A DNA stretch of 5,955 nt from Octopus sinensis. Taxonomy: Eukaryota. This document shows, one piece after another, positions 5,951-5,955 of the stretch (the stretch's first letter is position 1; each line of letters begins with the position of its first letter). The translations under genes were made by a program, and so were the position numbers. The notes beneath the pieces were generated by a model that saw nothing but the letters and a program-made list of their open reading frames with translations, ran no database searches and was not told the DNA's origin. Where the stretch lies: positions 1 through 5,955 of the forward strand of contig NW_021829743.1 in the NCBI RefSeq assembly GCF_006345805.1, written 5' to 3'.

Positions 5951-5955
5951 CTTAA

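Overview
AT-rich eukaryotic genomic DNA, very probably Octopus or another coleoid cephalopod. This is inferred from the tRNA-derived SINE families and the extreme microsatellite density, not proven. Most of the window looks like one ~5.5 kb intron (235-5705) of an unidentified minus-strand protein-coding gene, with candidate phase-compatible exons at 5890-5950, 5706-5772 and 121-234. The intron is filled with layered repeats. The oldest layer is a ~2.1 kb decayed RLE-type (R4/Dong-like) non-LTR retrotransposon at ~1480-4550. Nested in it are a dimeric tRNA-SINE with a 15-bp TSD (2034-2433) and a 566-bp internally deleted mariner with 30-bp TIRs and TA TSDs (3716-4281). Also present are a 104-bp TA-flanked foldback MITE (1026-1129), a probable RTE-LINE 3' end with a C2H2 finger (775-940), two more SINEs (4676-4803 plus strand, 4928-5303 minus strand), a second RLE-LINE 3' end (~5472-5670) and many microsatellites. 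None of the supplied ORFs is a real gene: they are microsatellite, SINE, antisense or pseudogene frames. I found no evidence for a new multi-gene system. The most interesting items are the unrecognised host gene, the foldback MITE and the apparently microhomology-mediated mariner deletion. Family assignments rest on remembered motifs and no database search was run.
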